Shown here piece by piece: positions 38,401 to 47,122 of a stretch of DNA of 64,000 bases; position 1 is the stretch's first letter; each line of letters starts with the position of its first letter. The position numbers were made by a program, and so were the translations under genes. Source of the stretch: a virus; IMG/VR virus record IMGVR_UViG_3300025705_000005, positions 1 through 64,000 of that record; one strand, written 5' to 3'. Under the pieces are notes generated by a model. That model saw nothing but the letters and a program-made list of their open reading frames with translations. It had not been told where the DNA came from and searched no databases.

Positions 38401-41400
38401 AGAAAGTGTCATCGTTTTAGATAATGATACCGATTCACTAACTGCTGTTATAATAACCGAACCACTATCGTGTGCCATCGATGTGATTGTTACAGTGTTA
38501 CCACTTATAGATGAACTTACAGATGTTGTTGAATCTTTACTAAAAGTATATTCTGAATTCTTATTTGTAGTCCCTTCGAACACTTCCATATCAGTAACTG
38601 CTCCAACGAATGATACTACAGTTCCATCATTTTGTGAAGGTAACGTATGAGATTCATTGGTTAGGAATGTAGTTACTGCATCCACACCACCTACCCCATC
38701 ACTACCACCTTCTACTTTAAATATTGTTACGGAATCCGTTAGAGTATCATTTGTACAAGATATGGTTAATGGTAAACTAGTCTTAGCTCCATTTAAACCA
38801 CCACTACTAAATCCACCTGTATATGAAACGCTACCACTTACTATACCACTTTTTTGGTTTGTGGGCCCACCTACACTATTATTGTTGAATGAGAAGTTTG
38901 TAACATTATTACTATCTGCGGTGGTGATTGTTATATCACTACTTACAATAACATCATTTAAGTTTTGTTGAGAAAATGAGAAGTTAATTGTACCTGGCGT
39001 TGCTGAGTTATCTGTTGAATCATCAAATGCGAATATCTGAGAATCTACACTTCCTATTAATGTTTTTGCGTTATCACCACTTACACCCGGAGTTCCATCC
39101 TGGCCATCATCACCTTGTCTAGTAATACCAATCGACATTATTTTTGATAATGATACCGATTCACTAACTGCGGTTATTGTAACTGAACCACTATATGGTG
39201 ATGTGGTATTTGTTATCGTAAACGCATTTGATGATGAAGTTACCGTTATATATGCTGCTGAACTTTCTGTAAATGAATAGTTTGATGTTTTATCTGTAAT
39301 ACCCTCAAATACTTTCATTTGAGTGTCAGCTCCTGCATATGATTGAATTGCGCCTGAACTACTCAATGGTAGTGTGTGTGATTCATTTGTTAAAAATGCC
39401 GTTACTGCATCTACACCAGCAGCACCATCCGAACCAGGTTGTAATCCAAATAATGTTAAACTATCAGTTGATGCGGCTGTTCCACCAGAAGAACCTGTAA
39501 ATGCTCTTACTTCATATGTTTTAGGAGTAGATGAAGTTGGTTTCTCCAATGCAGTATTAACAGTGAATGTGTTTGTTGTACTTCTACTTCCTTGAATGGT
39601 AGCATCTTTATAAAATTCATAATACACATCACCTATAAAGTTTTGTGGTGTTGCGGTTAGTGTTATTGTTTGACCAGATGGTGCTTCATCTCCAAACTCA
39701 TCAAATGTTACTACATATTTATCAGCTGATAGTTCTACTGTTCGTGCTATAGAACCACTTGATACATTATCAATTGCCGTTTCAACGGATGTTCCATCTG
39801 CGAAGTTTAACTGCCCAGTGATTGATAATGTAGATGTTGATGGATTCCAAGATAGTTTATTACCTAATGAGAATTGAGAACCTGAATCTACATAGAACCC
39901 AGTATTAGCATTATTATAAGCCCCATGTATTCCAGTAAATAATTTACCATCAGCCATACTAATTCCACCGATAGAACCTGTTTTTGCAATTATACCACCT
40001 TGAAGGAATACATTATCGGTTGCTAATCCAAACCCTGGATTTGAATTACCAAACACATAATCTGAATTTGCCAATCCACTTAAATCACCTAATCTTACTT
40101 TTAACGCTACATCGTATAATCCACTACCTGTTCTTTCAACAACATCCATATATGGTGTATTCACATCATTTGGATTTGCGTTCATTTTGATATAACCAGT
40201 ATTTAATTTACCAGTCGAAACAATAACTTGCCCATCTTCGTATGATTGAGCTGCTGAACCTAAATCACCAACGAATTCACCTTGAGAACCACTTCCGTAT
40301 GCTCTCTGTACCATTATTCTACCATAGGTTTCATCTTCATTCGAACCATCACTATCTATTGATGCTGAATTTAATAAAACATATTCTGTTTGGAAACCTG
40401 TATTATCTACTTTCTTTATAAGGAGTATTTCACCTTGAGAGAATCCACTAGCGTTCTTTACAGACATCGTAGTTTCTGTGTCTGTTAACGAACCAGTAAT
40501 TGTTGTTGAGTTAGCTACCCATAATTGTCCACCAACTGCGTTTACAGATTCTTTTTCAAAAGTTGTTGTTCTTAACGTACCTCTAATTCTTACGTTTTCA
40601 AATTCTGCAGTTCCATTTCCTTCAGATGAAATCTTCCACCCTTTTAATCCACTTGCGAAATCTCTAGTTTGTAAGATACCTTCAGGTTTCATTATAAGGT
40701 TTCCACCTTCTATAGAACCCGTTGTAATACCCCAACCACCAATCGATGCTGATACGAATCTTGCGAAACCATCTGCTTTGATAGATGAGGATGAGTTTGT
40801 TTCAGTAGATGCTGCGCCATTTATTAATGCTGGTGTTTTTATATTTTCTACAGTTAAATCTGATAGAATTGTTGCGTTCGCTCCAATTATTAAACTACCT
40901 TCTCCACTATTTGCTTTAGGGTCTAAGTGAAATATAGATGAACTAATTTCAATATTACCATCCGAACCACTTATGTATTGTTCGGTTAGATTACCAATAA
41001 AGAACTTATCAGTTTTAACATCTAAAATACCACCATTTGCTGTTGAGAATACAAGGTGTCTGTCATCGTTATCTCCAACGAACTGCATACCAACACCTAA
41101 TAGCTGGTCTTCACCAAATACAAGATTACCCGAACCACTATAGATTACGAATCCACCTGGTGCTTTTCCTAATGATGCTGAAGTTATACCTCTGTATCCA
41201 ACGGAACGCATGAATCCACTACTAGAACCACCAATTTCAATACCAGTTCCTAATGTATTGGATATAAAAATAGAACCACTAATTAAGTTCTCTTCACCAC
41301 CAATGTAAACTTGCTCACCATCAAATACAAATGGCTCTGATATTGTTTCAGTTCTTGATATACTACCCTCAGCGTTTAAATATAATAACTTTAGTATCTT

Positions 41401-42486
41401 AGGGTCATTTAAGTTTTTAGAAGGAATAGGTACTTTTATATGTGCTGTAGAGCTATATGGTATTGATACTTCATTTAGTAATTCAAAGTCTGCAGATAAT
41501 CCTTCTGATTTAGCTAATATTTTAATTTTATCTACAACACCAGTTATAGGGTCTATGTTACTGAATTGTAAATCTACAAAGTTTCGTTTGTTTTGTGTTA
41601 CTGTATTAGAACCACTCTTAATATATTGTATTTTATAATCTGCTTCAGATACAGATTCGTATGTATGTGTTAAATCTTCTCTACCAGCAAATGATGTTGT
41701 AAAGTTTGTTAATGTCTTTACATATGTACTATTTAATAATTTTTCAATTGATGAACTAAAGAATGTAGAACTCTCTGGTCCTTCAATATTAGCTACAGGG
41801 AATGCTGGTTCTGTAAAGTTATTCAGAATTATAGTTCCACCAATCATTTCAGAATTGAATGTAGAACTATCAGCAATTTGAATTACAGGCGTTGTACCAC
41901 TAAATAAATACTTCGCCTTACCAGTCTGAACTGTTTGTGTTAATGTGTTATTGGTTTGTGCTTGGTTTTCGTATGGTTCTACACTTTGAGAAACTACTAC
42001 GCTTGGTACGTTAGTAGGATTAAATATAATCTCTGATGAATTATTTCTATCTCTATCTACATTTAATGTAGTTTGCCATTTAACGTTTATCTTACCTCTC
42101 TGATTAGGTGGTAGTGGATTTCCGTTTAAATCAACGTTAGCAATACCTAATAGAGTAATAGTAGCCTCGCCATTTGGAGTGTTATCAATACCCTTATCGT
42201 TATAAATCCATATAGATATTACTCTACTTTTATCAGCTTCTAAATAATCAGGAATCTCAAAGTATATAGGTTGTCCGTTAGAATCTCTAACATCGACATA
42301 TATTTGAGTACCATCCACTAAGTTAGTTGGATGAGCAGTAATTCTTAATAAGTTTTTACCTTTTTGTAAAACCTGTGGGACATCAGAAACTCTAAAGTAC
42401 TTAGTTGAACGCTGACTATCATCAACGATGAACGTTTGTATATCTTTTAAGTTCTCTCTGTCTGAAAATTTATATTCTAAGGACAT
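32449..42486 (-). CDS. Giant (3345 aa) tail fibre / host-specificity protein
   Basis: AGGAG SD; GWKISSEGNGTAEFENVRIRG fibre motif; ~230-aa tandem units with collagen-like GxD linkers; carbohydrate-binding-like inserts. Confidence 0.8.
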   Translation of the reverse strand: MSLEYKFSDRENLKDIQTFIVDDSQRSTKYFRVSDVPQVLQKGKNLLRITAHPTNLVDGTQIYVDVRDSNGQPIYFEIPDYLEADKSRVISIWIYNDKGIDNTPNGEATITLLGIANVDLNGNPLPPNQRGKINVKWQTTLNVDRDRNNSSEIIFNPTNVPSVVVSQSVEPYENQAQTNNTLTQTVQTGKAKYLFSGTTPVIQIADSSTFNSEMIGGTIILNNFTEPAFPVANIEGPESSTFFSSSIEKLLNSTYVKTLTNFTTSFAGREDLTHTYESVSEADYKIQYIKSGSNTVTQNKRNFVDLQFSNIDPITGVVDKIKILAKSEGLSADFELLNEVSIPYSSTAHIKVPIPSKNLNDPKILKLLYLNAEGSISRTETISEPFVFDGEQVYIGGEENLISGSIFISNTLGTGIEIGGSSSGFMRSVGYRGITSASLGKAPGGFVIYSGSGNLVFGEDQLLGVGMQFVGDNDDRHLVFSTANGGILDVKTDKFFIGNLTEQYISGSDGNIEISSSIFHLDPKANSGEGSLIIGANATILSDLTVENIKTPALINGAASTETNSSSSIKADGFARFVSASIGGWGITTGSIEGGNLIMKPEGILQTRDFASGLKGWKISSEGNGTAEFENVRIRGTLRTTTFEKESVNAVGGQLWVANSTTITGSLTDTETTMSVKNASGFSQGEILLIKKVDNTGFQTEYVLLNSASIDSDGSNEDETYGRIMVQRAYGSGSQGEFVGDLGSAAQSYEDGQVIVSTGKLNTGYIKMNANPNDVNTPYMDVVERTGSGLYDVALKVRLGDLSGLANSDYVFGNSNPGFGLATDNVFLQGGIIAKTGSIGGISMADGKLFTGIHGAYNNANTGFYVDSGSQFSLGNKLSWNPSTSTLSITGQLNFADGTSVETAIDNVSSGSIARTVELSADKYVVTFDEFGDEAPSGQTITLTATPQNFIGDVYYEFYKDATIQGSRSTTNTFTVNTALEKPTSSTPKTYEVRAFTGSSGGTAASTDSLTLFGLQPGSDGAAGVDAVTAFLTNESHTLPLSSSGAIQSYAGADTQMKVFEGITDKTSNYSFTESSAAYITVTSSSNAFTITNTTSPYSGSVTITAVSESVSLSKIMSIGITRQGDDGQDGTPGVSGDNAKTLIGSVDSQIFAFDDSTDNSATPGTINFSFSQQNLNDVIVSSDITITTADSNNVTNFSFNNNSVGGPTNQKSGIVSGSVSYTGGFSSGGLNGAKTSLPLTISCTNDTLTDSVTIFKVEGGSDGVGGVDAVTTFLTNESHTLPSQNDGTVVSFVGAVTDMEVFEGTTNKNSEYTFSKDSTTSVSSSISGNTVTITSMAHDSGSVIITAVSESVSLSKTMTLSKSKQGTAGLPGAAAKLLSLSSDSQVFSFPSASSNTPIDNDVLIIVNQQNLSGTIDAGDITIKDSGGNTLADPAFVASVTDGTGQVSGSITFNTTLSSTKSKLPITIEVSKDGLEDSLKIFKIDGGGDGVDGTDAVIAFLTNESHTFAADSSGSIAVFAGGSTDMEVFEGITNVTSNYVISSSNGAGVSASDSGNTVTISTMTADSAYVNINASSGSVSIDKIMSLVKSKQGPDGSDGTSAKLLIGSLDSQVMAFDDVIDTSATPSSIEFSFQQQNLVAPISASDVTIQMNGGGNITNFTFDNTDAVSGTGIVSGSVSFAGNTNAGGMGSDKSKFPLTISATKDSLQDAVKIFKVEGGSDGTSGVSAITALLTNDSHTLPVSSSGDVISFAGASTDILVFQGTSNVTNDYTINTGSISSHITTTTSGDTVTITNSTTPFSGSVEITATSGSVVLTKLMSISQALQGDDGSDGAPGTSASLISLTGDSQVFAFASASATTPDDTTIELFITQQNLGKTLTASDITIIDAVGGSHNVPTFAPTSLPNNSGVISGSLVFNTNSPSPKAKYPITITVTSGSLSDSFKIFALDGGADGTSGTDAITVIVGNESHTLAAGADGLVPSYVGAETDVTIFEGVTDKTTNYFINGVSNTGITVDNDFNSFNSSSLNVTNMNHDSGSVIITAISGGIHHSGWGSRTGEDWATSQFLVGGAGDINGTDNDWHLVDNPDTISIGSGDGELRNNYVEFGNNADNDRVWIAGKDIFAYDDTKTYYIEARFKRVSGTGTVYVGVNGWSNESTKRNVVGSNTFSSQHYIAAAGFSFGENEGTDWVTKRGYFSGHGASSATNSGESPDINNPKTIHTNATYISPMFIASHPTNNGVVRLDYIEIKEVKDGSGNLSTGVVKIDKTMSLVKSRAGTDGAPGAAGSGSKTVSLTAATNVVTYDADGLNPSPSGTITLSANSQNFTDGYFKFTGDGITDELTYTNGVSANGDTKNFTIPSSYFSTPKTITVSVSEAADSTTELTFDTVTIVAVQPGAAGAGGVDAVTAFLTSEADVVPAANDGTVSSFNGSGTEMFIYEGVTNVSSNYTVTNQNSTDLTATISNRVLTISALTPDSGSVILTAVSGGVSISKTYSIAKSKAGPQGDQGANNQDFSFLDASLSGVQGTLAAGLLMNSDVFGYHGAIGSGTTATLADFTSFLDSGGNFYLGGNASGASNPSDGYLAWNNTNKSLLISGSNANIEVDKFLLGSGTSQYISGSNGNVEIAGDVTFRGRPDNGDGNVVFFDDFSQYSAVGDTNGGNAPKMDGTGDAWFWNKGASSSTPSLEADTDCISGKALVVGNNSGDDEANIISNTLIPFNESSLYEVEVRIKRTAGTSNTRAYVGINGMQSDGVTRVGYDGNNNTSGHYITLSSNNLGTGNGTGYFQTFKGYFKGATRTGGSNGDTTMHDDKTNPGTLRAEINNGFISAYLLLNYNDTQGITHVDYIKIKEFSSGGTSRISGDSITTGTIKSNNLSTDTGTALYLNDGVMKIGGTGAYTTEKGILLDGPNAKFAVGELGGNYMRFNHTAGKLEISTPNFEIDSGGAVQVTGAISVLDADGNAITLGDPAEAVENLFNEITNPSAGISALDGRPADFFSTYGNNVASNIKFSDFGGTIGKVVELSNPGDTTIGMATKIIKKEASAYRITITVKGGATNYTSGTTGMYLRVYESNDASAREDGVKFITHASYANSSNSEPGSLSTSGEATLSWTKISGSAGVGNVSNNLNGSYWPQEWITYQTNYTPSAGTEFFSMNILNWSGNGLNSAYVRDLVIKPKTNLGTQIGGRQIKTGELQSLNLSPNEGSVISLDSGSMKLGGFVSPGFEVTKEGFVTATNIVEKFVNVNSANSGSYYQTVSGHTTLVLDGSLGGSVTMNLTLQVAPPYVINDILFPTNAGSDDIARLELSIQDDGIQFDDGAITSGYSSFGLLLQTYTLTTRSGQGLVQN

Positions 42487-42540
42487 TCATTTCTCCTACT
42501 GTTTCTACTTTATATATAAGTATGAAAAATACACTTATAA

Positions 42541-45500
42541 CTATAAATATCTAATTGATGAAAATCCATCTAATTTTGTGATATCTATTATTTGGTCAAC
42601 CATATCCCTAGTCTTATCTATATGTGAGATTGTAACTATGAAATCAAATTCGTTCTTTAGGTAATCGAATAATAAATATAAAGAATTAAAGTTATCTGTA
42701 TCTAAAGAACCAAACCCCTCATCAATTGCTATAAAGTTTGGACGTGGTAGATTTGACACATTTACTAATGCGGTTCTAATTGCTACGGATGAAATAAACT
42801 TCTCCATACCACTTGTTAATTCTAGTGGCCAAAACTCTTCAGTTCCATATGCTATATATGAATTTATATTCTTACCATCTGTATTAAGTATGATTTGGAA
42901 ATCTACAATTGGTTGTAGTATATTATTTATCTCTACTTCTAATTTAGGTAATATGTCTGATATTAATTGGTATGGTATCCCATCTCTTCTTACACATTGT
43001 AAGTAGTATTCATACCCCTCATACTTTTTTTCCATCAATTCTAACTTATCTATAGAATCATTTACAGTTTTAATAACGTTTTGTGAAATTTTAATATCAC
43101 CACTAACATCAATAATATCATCATTTAGATTCATAATATCTTCATCAATAATATCTAAAGATAATTTGGTTTTATCAATTTTTTGTTGTACTTTTATGTT
43201 ATGCTTTACTGATGCCGTTTGTTCTAACGATTTACTTATATCTGAAGATGTGTATTTAAGTTTAGTTATTAAGTCTGATAACTCTAAGTTACATGATTTA
43301 TTAGTTAACTCTAACTTCTCAATCTGATTGGTTAGTTTATCATATTTATCTTTTAATTCTTTTACACTTACTAATACCTCTCTAACATCAAACTTAAACA
43401 TATCAGATTTCATATCCAGTATTTCCGAAGATAATCGTTTTGATTTGGAAGTTAGTTTAATTATATCATCTGATAATGTTTTTGATTGTTTAGCAAATGG
43501 AGTGTTTTTATTCTTTACACAATGTTCACAATCATCATCGAATGATAAAGAACCAATACCATCTAAATGTTCTTGTTTATGCTCAATATCAGTATTTAAA
43601 GTATCTAACGATGATGTTATCTCTTCTAACCTATTAACATATGCTTGGTATTTTATATGGCTTTCTTGTAATTTGTTTAAATCGTATGATTGATATTCAG
43701 TACTAACTGATTTTAGTTCAATTGATATATTATCCAATTCATCTTTATAATCCGTACATTCTGATGATTTATCTGAAATTTCTAACTCCAGCGAATCTTT
43801 TAATCTTATTAGAGAATCTGTATCTATTATAGTATCATCTACGTTTTTTAATTCTGATATTAAGATATCCTTTTCTTCTCTAAGAAGTGTTCGTTTACCC
43901 TTTAACTTAGATATTTTATCATTACACTTTACCAATACCTTTTGATTCTTTTCCAAATCCTCTTTTGCTTCTACTAACTTATCAGTAAAGTTTTGATTCT
44001 TATAATCTTTTAAGAGTGCACTTAACTCCCTAATCTCATCATTAGCTATTTGATATAATTCTTCAAATACATTCATATCTAAGAATTGAGCAAGTAGTTC
44101 TTTCTTTTCTCTTTGTGATTTTTCAATGAACCCACCACTATTAGATTGGTTAGACATTGCTGTAAGAATGAAATCTTCGTATGAACCTACATACTGCCTA
44201 ATTATAGAGTTTGTATCTCTACGTTCCTCACCATTTAATGAATGAGTAATACCATCTACTATACAATAAAATTCTACATCTACCTTTACAGTTCCTCTTT
44301 TTGGAGATTTCTTACCAATTCGTTCTATGAAGTAATCTACCCCATTTATCTCAAAATTAAACTTACAATCGAATTTTGTTTTAGAATAATTTAAAACATC
44401 TAATGCTTTTGTTGTACGAGAACATCTATCAAATAAACAAAACGATAACGCATCCCATAGTGATGATTTACCACTAGCATTTGGTGCGAATATCCCATAT
44501 GCACCTTTCATTTGTGAGAAATCAATTATATTCTTAGGTCCATATGAAAACATATTTGAAAACTCAAATGTTTTTGGTTTCCATATAATATTCTTCATAC
44601 CCTTAACACTACCCAATTTATTGTTTATATCTTGGTTAATAGTTCGTATAACTTCCAGTTGTTCATCAGCTATAACATATTTATCAGATAAGTACGATTC
44701 CATCATTTGATTTTGAAATCCAATATCTCTTACGTTTTGTAGGGTTAGGCTCGAATTACCACTAGAATCTTTTCTATCTGATAATACTTTTTGAATTGTT
44801 AGTTCCTGTACTTTCCTACCTACTTTTACCTCTGATATGATTTTCTTTAATTGAGATTGGGATGTATCCTTAACTCTAACTCTCATACGAGGTTTGTTAG
44901 GAATTGTTGGATTACCAATCACTTTACCATCTTCTACATCAATAGTAACATACCCATAATCGTTGTGAATTGGAACGAATTCCGATTCTTTGGTTTGAAC
45001 ATCCCATACTAAGATTCCATGCTCAGGATACTTAGCTTCAGCATGATTCTGCATAATTGTAGAACCACAATACTTAATCGTACCCTCATCGTTTAGTGAT
45101 TGATTTGGTACGTGAATATCACCTAATAGTACTAAATCGTATCCATCGAATGAATCTACTTTTACGTTTTTATTCTCTAATTGGAATCCGTATTCTGTTT
45201 TTACCTTATCGACAGGAGCATGATATAAAGCAATCTTATAATCACCATGTACCTCTTCAGATGGGATAATTTCCTTAGATTCCCCAAAAACCGATGAGTG
45301 TGAAAAGGAAATTCCACCCATTTTCCAAACTCCATCATCCTTCAGATAATGTAGATTTGAATGGTTTAGTGCATTTACAATTGGTGATAACGCATCTAAT
45401 CGAGATGGGTTATTTAGGTTAGCATCGTGGTTACCTGGTATTAAAATGGTTGGTAACATATCTGATAAGTTCTTTAGAAATGTTTGTGTCATCTCTATAA

Positions 45501-45711
45501 CTTCAGGAGTCATATCCGTTTTTGCGTGAACAATATCCCCACAAAGAACGATAACACTATCATCAGTTTTGGTGGTTTTTATGTACTCATAAAGGTTTTC
45601 GAATACTTCTCTATACTCTTTATGTCTTTTTAAATTTCTGATATGTACATCAGCTATGTGGTAAATCTTTTTGATTGTACCATCATACTTAATTCTTTTT
45701 GATTTTCTCAT
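42541..45711 (-). CDS. Fused Mre11/SbcD nuclease - Rad50/SbcC ATPase (gp47-gp46 fusion)
   Basis: Phosphoesterase motifs ADVH, GD, GNHD and GDIH; Walker A NASGKS, zinc hook CEHC, signature TSGME, Walker B IAIDEGFGSLD and H-loop ISH, all in one ORF. Confidence 0.92.
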   Translation of the reverse strand: MRKSKRIKYDGTIKKIYHIADVHIRNLKRHKEYREVFENLYEYIKTTKTDDSVIVLCGDIVHAKTDMTPEVIEMTQTFLKNLSDMLPTILIPGNHDANLNNPSRLDALSPIVNALNHSNLHYLKDDGVWKMGGISFSHSSVFGESKEIIPSEEVHGDYKIALYHAPVDKVKTEYGFQLENKNVKVDSFDGYDLVLLGDIHVPNQSLNDEGTIKYCGSTIMQNHAEAKYPEHGILVWDVQTKESEFVPIHNDYGYVTIDVEDGKVIGNPTIPNKPRMRVRVKDTSQSQLKKIISEVKVGRKVQELTIQKVLSDRKDSSGNSSLTLQNVRDIGFQNQMMESYLSDKYVIADEQLEVIRTINQDINNKLGSVKGMKNIIWKPKTFEFSNMFSYGPKNIIDFSQMKGAYGIFAPNASGKSSLWDALSFCLFDRCSRTTKALDVLNYSKTKFDCKFNFEINGVDYFIERIGKKSPKRGTVKVDVEFYCIVDGITHSLNGEERRDTNSIIRQYVGSYEDFILTAMSNQSNSGGFIEKSQREKKELLAQFLDMNVFEELYQIANDEIRELSALLKDYKNQNFTDKLVEAKEDLEKNQKVLVKCNDKISKLKGKRTLLREEKDILISELKNVDDTIIDTDSLIRLKDSLELEISDKSSECTDYKDELDNISIELKSVSTEYQSYDLNKLQESHIKYQAYVNRLEEITSSLDTLNTDIEHKQEHLDGIGSLSFDDDCEHCVKNKNTPFAKQSKTLSDDIIKLTSKSKRLSSEILDMKSDMFKFDVREVLVSVKELKDKYDKLTNQIEKLELTNKSCNLELSDLITKLKYTSSDISKSLEQTASVKHNIKVQQKIDKTKLSLDIIDEDIMNLNDDIIDVSGDIKISQNVIKTVNDSIDKLELMEKKYEGYEYYLQCVRRDGIPYQLISDILPKLEVEINNILQPIVDFQIILNTDGKNINSYIAYGTEEFWPLELTSGMEKFISSVAIRTALVNVSNLPRPNFIAIDEGFGSLDTDNFNSLYLLFDYLKNEFDFIVTISHIDKTRDMVDQIIDITKLDGFSSIRYL

Positions 45712-46649
45712 ACACCTAATAACTTATACTCCATTAACTTTCTTAGTGAAAGTAATTCAGTATTTTTTATTTTTTCATTAATAGTTTTAAAACCCATATC
45801 TGATGGGTCTGAATCTTTTAGTTCAACGATGTGAACATTTACTCCGTTATTCATAAGGGATTCTGCGAATCTAAGTGAATTCTTAAATGCATCGGAATCT
45901 AATGCTAAATACACACTTTTTACCCCCTTACTCATTATTTTCTTTTGTAGTTCCGATTGTGGTGATTTACCAAACAATGGAATACTATTCATTCTAACTG
46001 CTATAGCATCAAATACTCCTTCACAAATTACAATTGGTAAATCCCAATTAACAAACATCTCAAACCCTACTACATCTTTGGATACATCAGGATTCTTATG
46101 TTTGAATGCAGAATCATAAAAACTTCTACCTACAAAATAATTTAACATACCATTCTCATCATAAGATGGTACGATTATTTTATGTTTGTATATACCTTCC
46201 TCACAATACCCCATTTGGTACTTTAATACCTCTGCTGGTGTTACACCTCTTCTATTCAAATAAGATATAGCATGCTTCCTTATAACTGATGTGGAAGCCT
46301 TCCATAATGGAATGTATTCAGATGGGAGTTGAACCAACTCAGTTTTACCATTATTTTCAGAATTTGGTAAATTTGAGTATCTATACTTTCTACTAAAGAT
46401 TGAGTTGTGTGCATCCCATACTTCCTTAGATACTTTAAGTTTTCTGAAAAGAGAGCGTATTGATTTACCCTTTTCATCAGATATCCAACAATGCCAAGGG
46501 TTATCGGCATTAGAATTTAACTTTATGTTTATCTCCAATTTAGGTTTATGATGATTCACAAACGGAGACCAAAACGCATAGTTATCGCCTGATGTTTTCT
46601 TAGCTTTACCTAAGATTGATTCTAATAAAGATAGTAGCTGTTCTTCCAT
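45708..46649 (-). CDS. DnaG-type DNA primase
   Basis: YLNRRG, IIVP...YFVGR, TOPRIM ICEGVFDA and LALDSD, DPSD. Likely start MEEQLL at 46649. Confidence 0.85.
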   Translation of the reverse strand: MEEQLLSLLESILGKAKKTSGDNYAFWSPFVNHHKPKLEINIKLNSNADNPWHCWISDEKGKSIRSLFRKLKVSKEVWDAHNSIFSRKYRYSNLPNSENNGKTELVQLPSEYIPLWKASTSVIRKHAISYLNRRGVTPAEVLKYQMGYCEEGIYKHKIIVPSYDENGMLNYFVGRSFYDSAFKHKNPDVSKDVVGFEMFVNWDLPIVICEGVFDAIAVRMNSIPLFGKSPQSELQKKIMSKGVKSVYLALDSDAFKNSLRFAESLMNNGVNVHIVELKDSDPSDMGFKTINEKIKNTELLSLRKLMEYKLLGV

Positions 46650-46654
46650 ATTGT

Positions 46655-46662
46655 TATAAATA
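46655..46662 (-). promoter_or_regulatory. TATTTATA putative late-promoter element
   Basis: Only 5 nt before the primase ATG. Confidence 0.5.
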
Positions 46663-46679
46663 TACAAATAATAATTGGA

Positions 46680-47105
46680 TTATCCAAAGAATTTCTGAAT
46701 TTCTTTTTCATCTATCCATTCTTGTGGGATTTCTTTTTTTGCCCATTTGAATCCGTTCTTCTCACACCATTGTGCATATGTGGTTTTAGAACCTTTGTAT
46801 ATTTTAGAATTTGGAGATTGTAATACGAACCTTAAATCCATATCAGGATTCTGTTCTTTTATATGTAAATGTTTTTTTCTATCTTCTGGTAAGAACCAAC
46901 CTTTTGATTCTATAAAGATATTATTAGGTAATCTGAAATCAGGTTTGTAAGTATGATGAGTTGCTGGGATTGTATATGATACTTCGTGCTTTTCGTATTC
47001 ACCATCAATTCCTTTAGATTTTAATTGTTCATCTATATGAGTTTCTAACCCACTCTTATGACCCTTCAGTTTTTGGATATGGGACCAATTTCCTTTTTTA
47101 TTCAT
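46680..47105 (-). CDS. T7 endonuclease I-like Holliday junction resolvase
   Basis: SGLE, YKPDF, FIESKG, DRKKHL, DLRFV, SKTTYAQWCEKNGF, IPQEW. Confidence 0.9.
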   Translation of the reverse strand: MNKKGNWSHIQKLKGHKSGLETHIDEQLKSKGIDGEYEKHEVSYTIPATHHTYKPDFRLPNNIFIESKGWFLPEDRKKHLHIKEQNPDMDLRFVLQSPNSKIYKGSKTTYAQWCEKNGFKWAKKEIPQEWIDEKEIQKFFG

Positions 47106-47122
47106 AACTTTTTATTTTTATA

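Noticed and set aside
46680-47105. Endonuclease as a homing endonuclease or mobile element
   Set aside because: The motifs match T7 endonuclease I resolvases, not HNH, GIY-YIG or LAGLIDADG, and no intron or intein interruption is evident in neighbouring genes.
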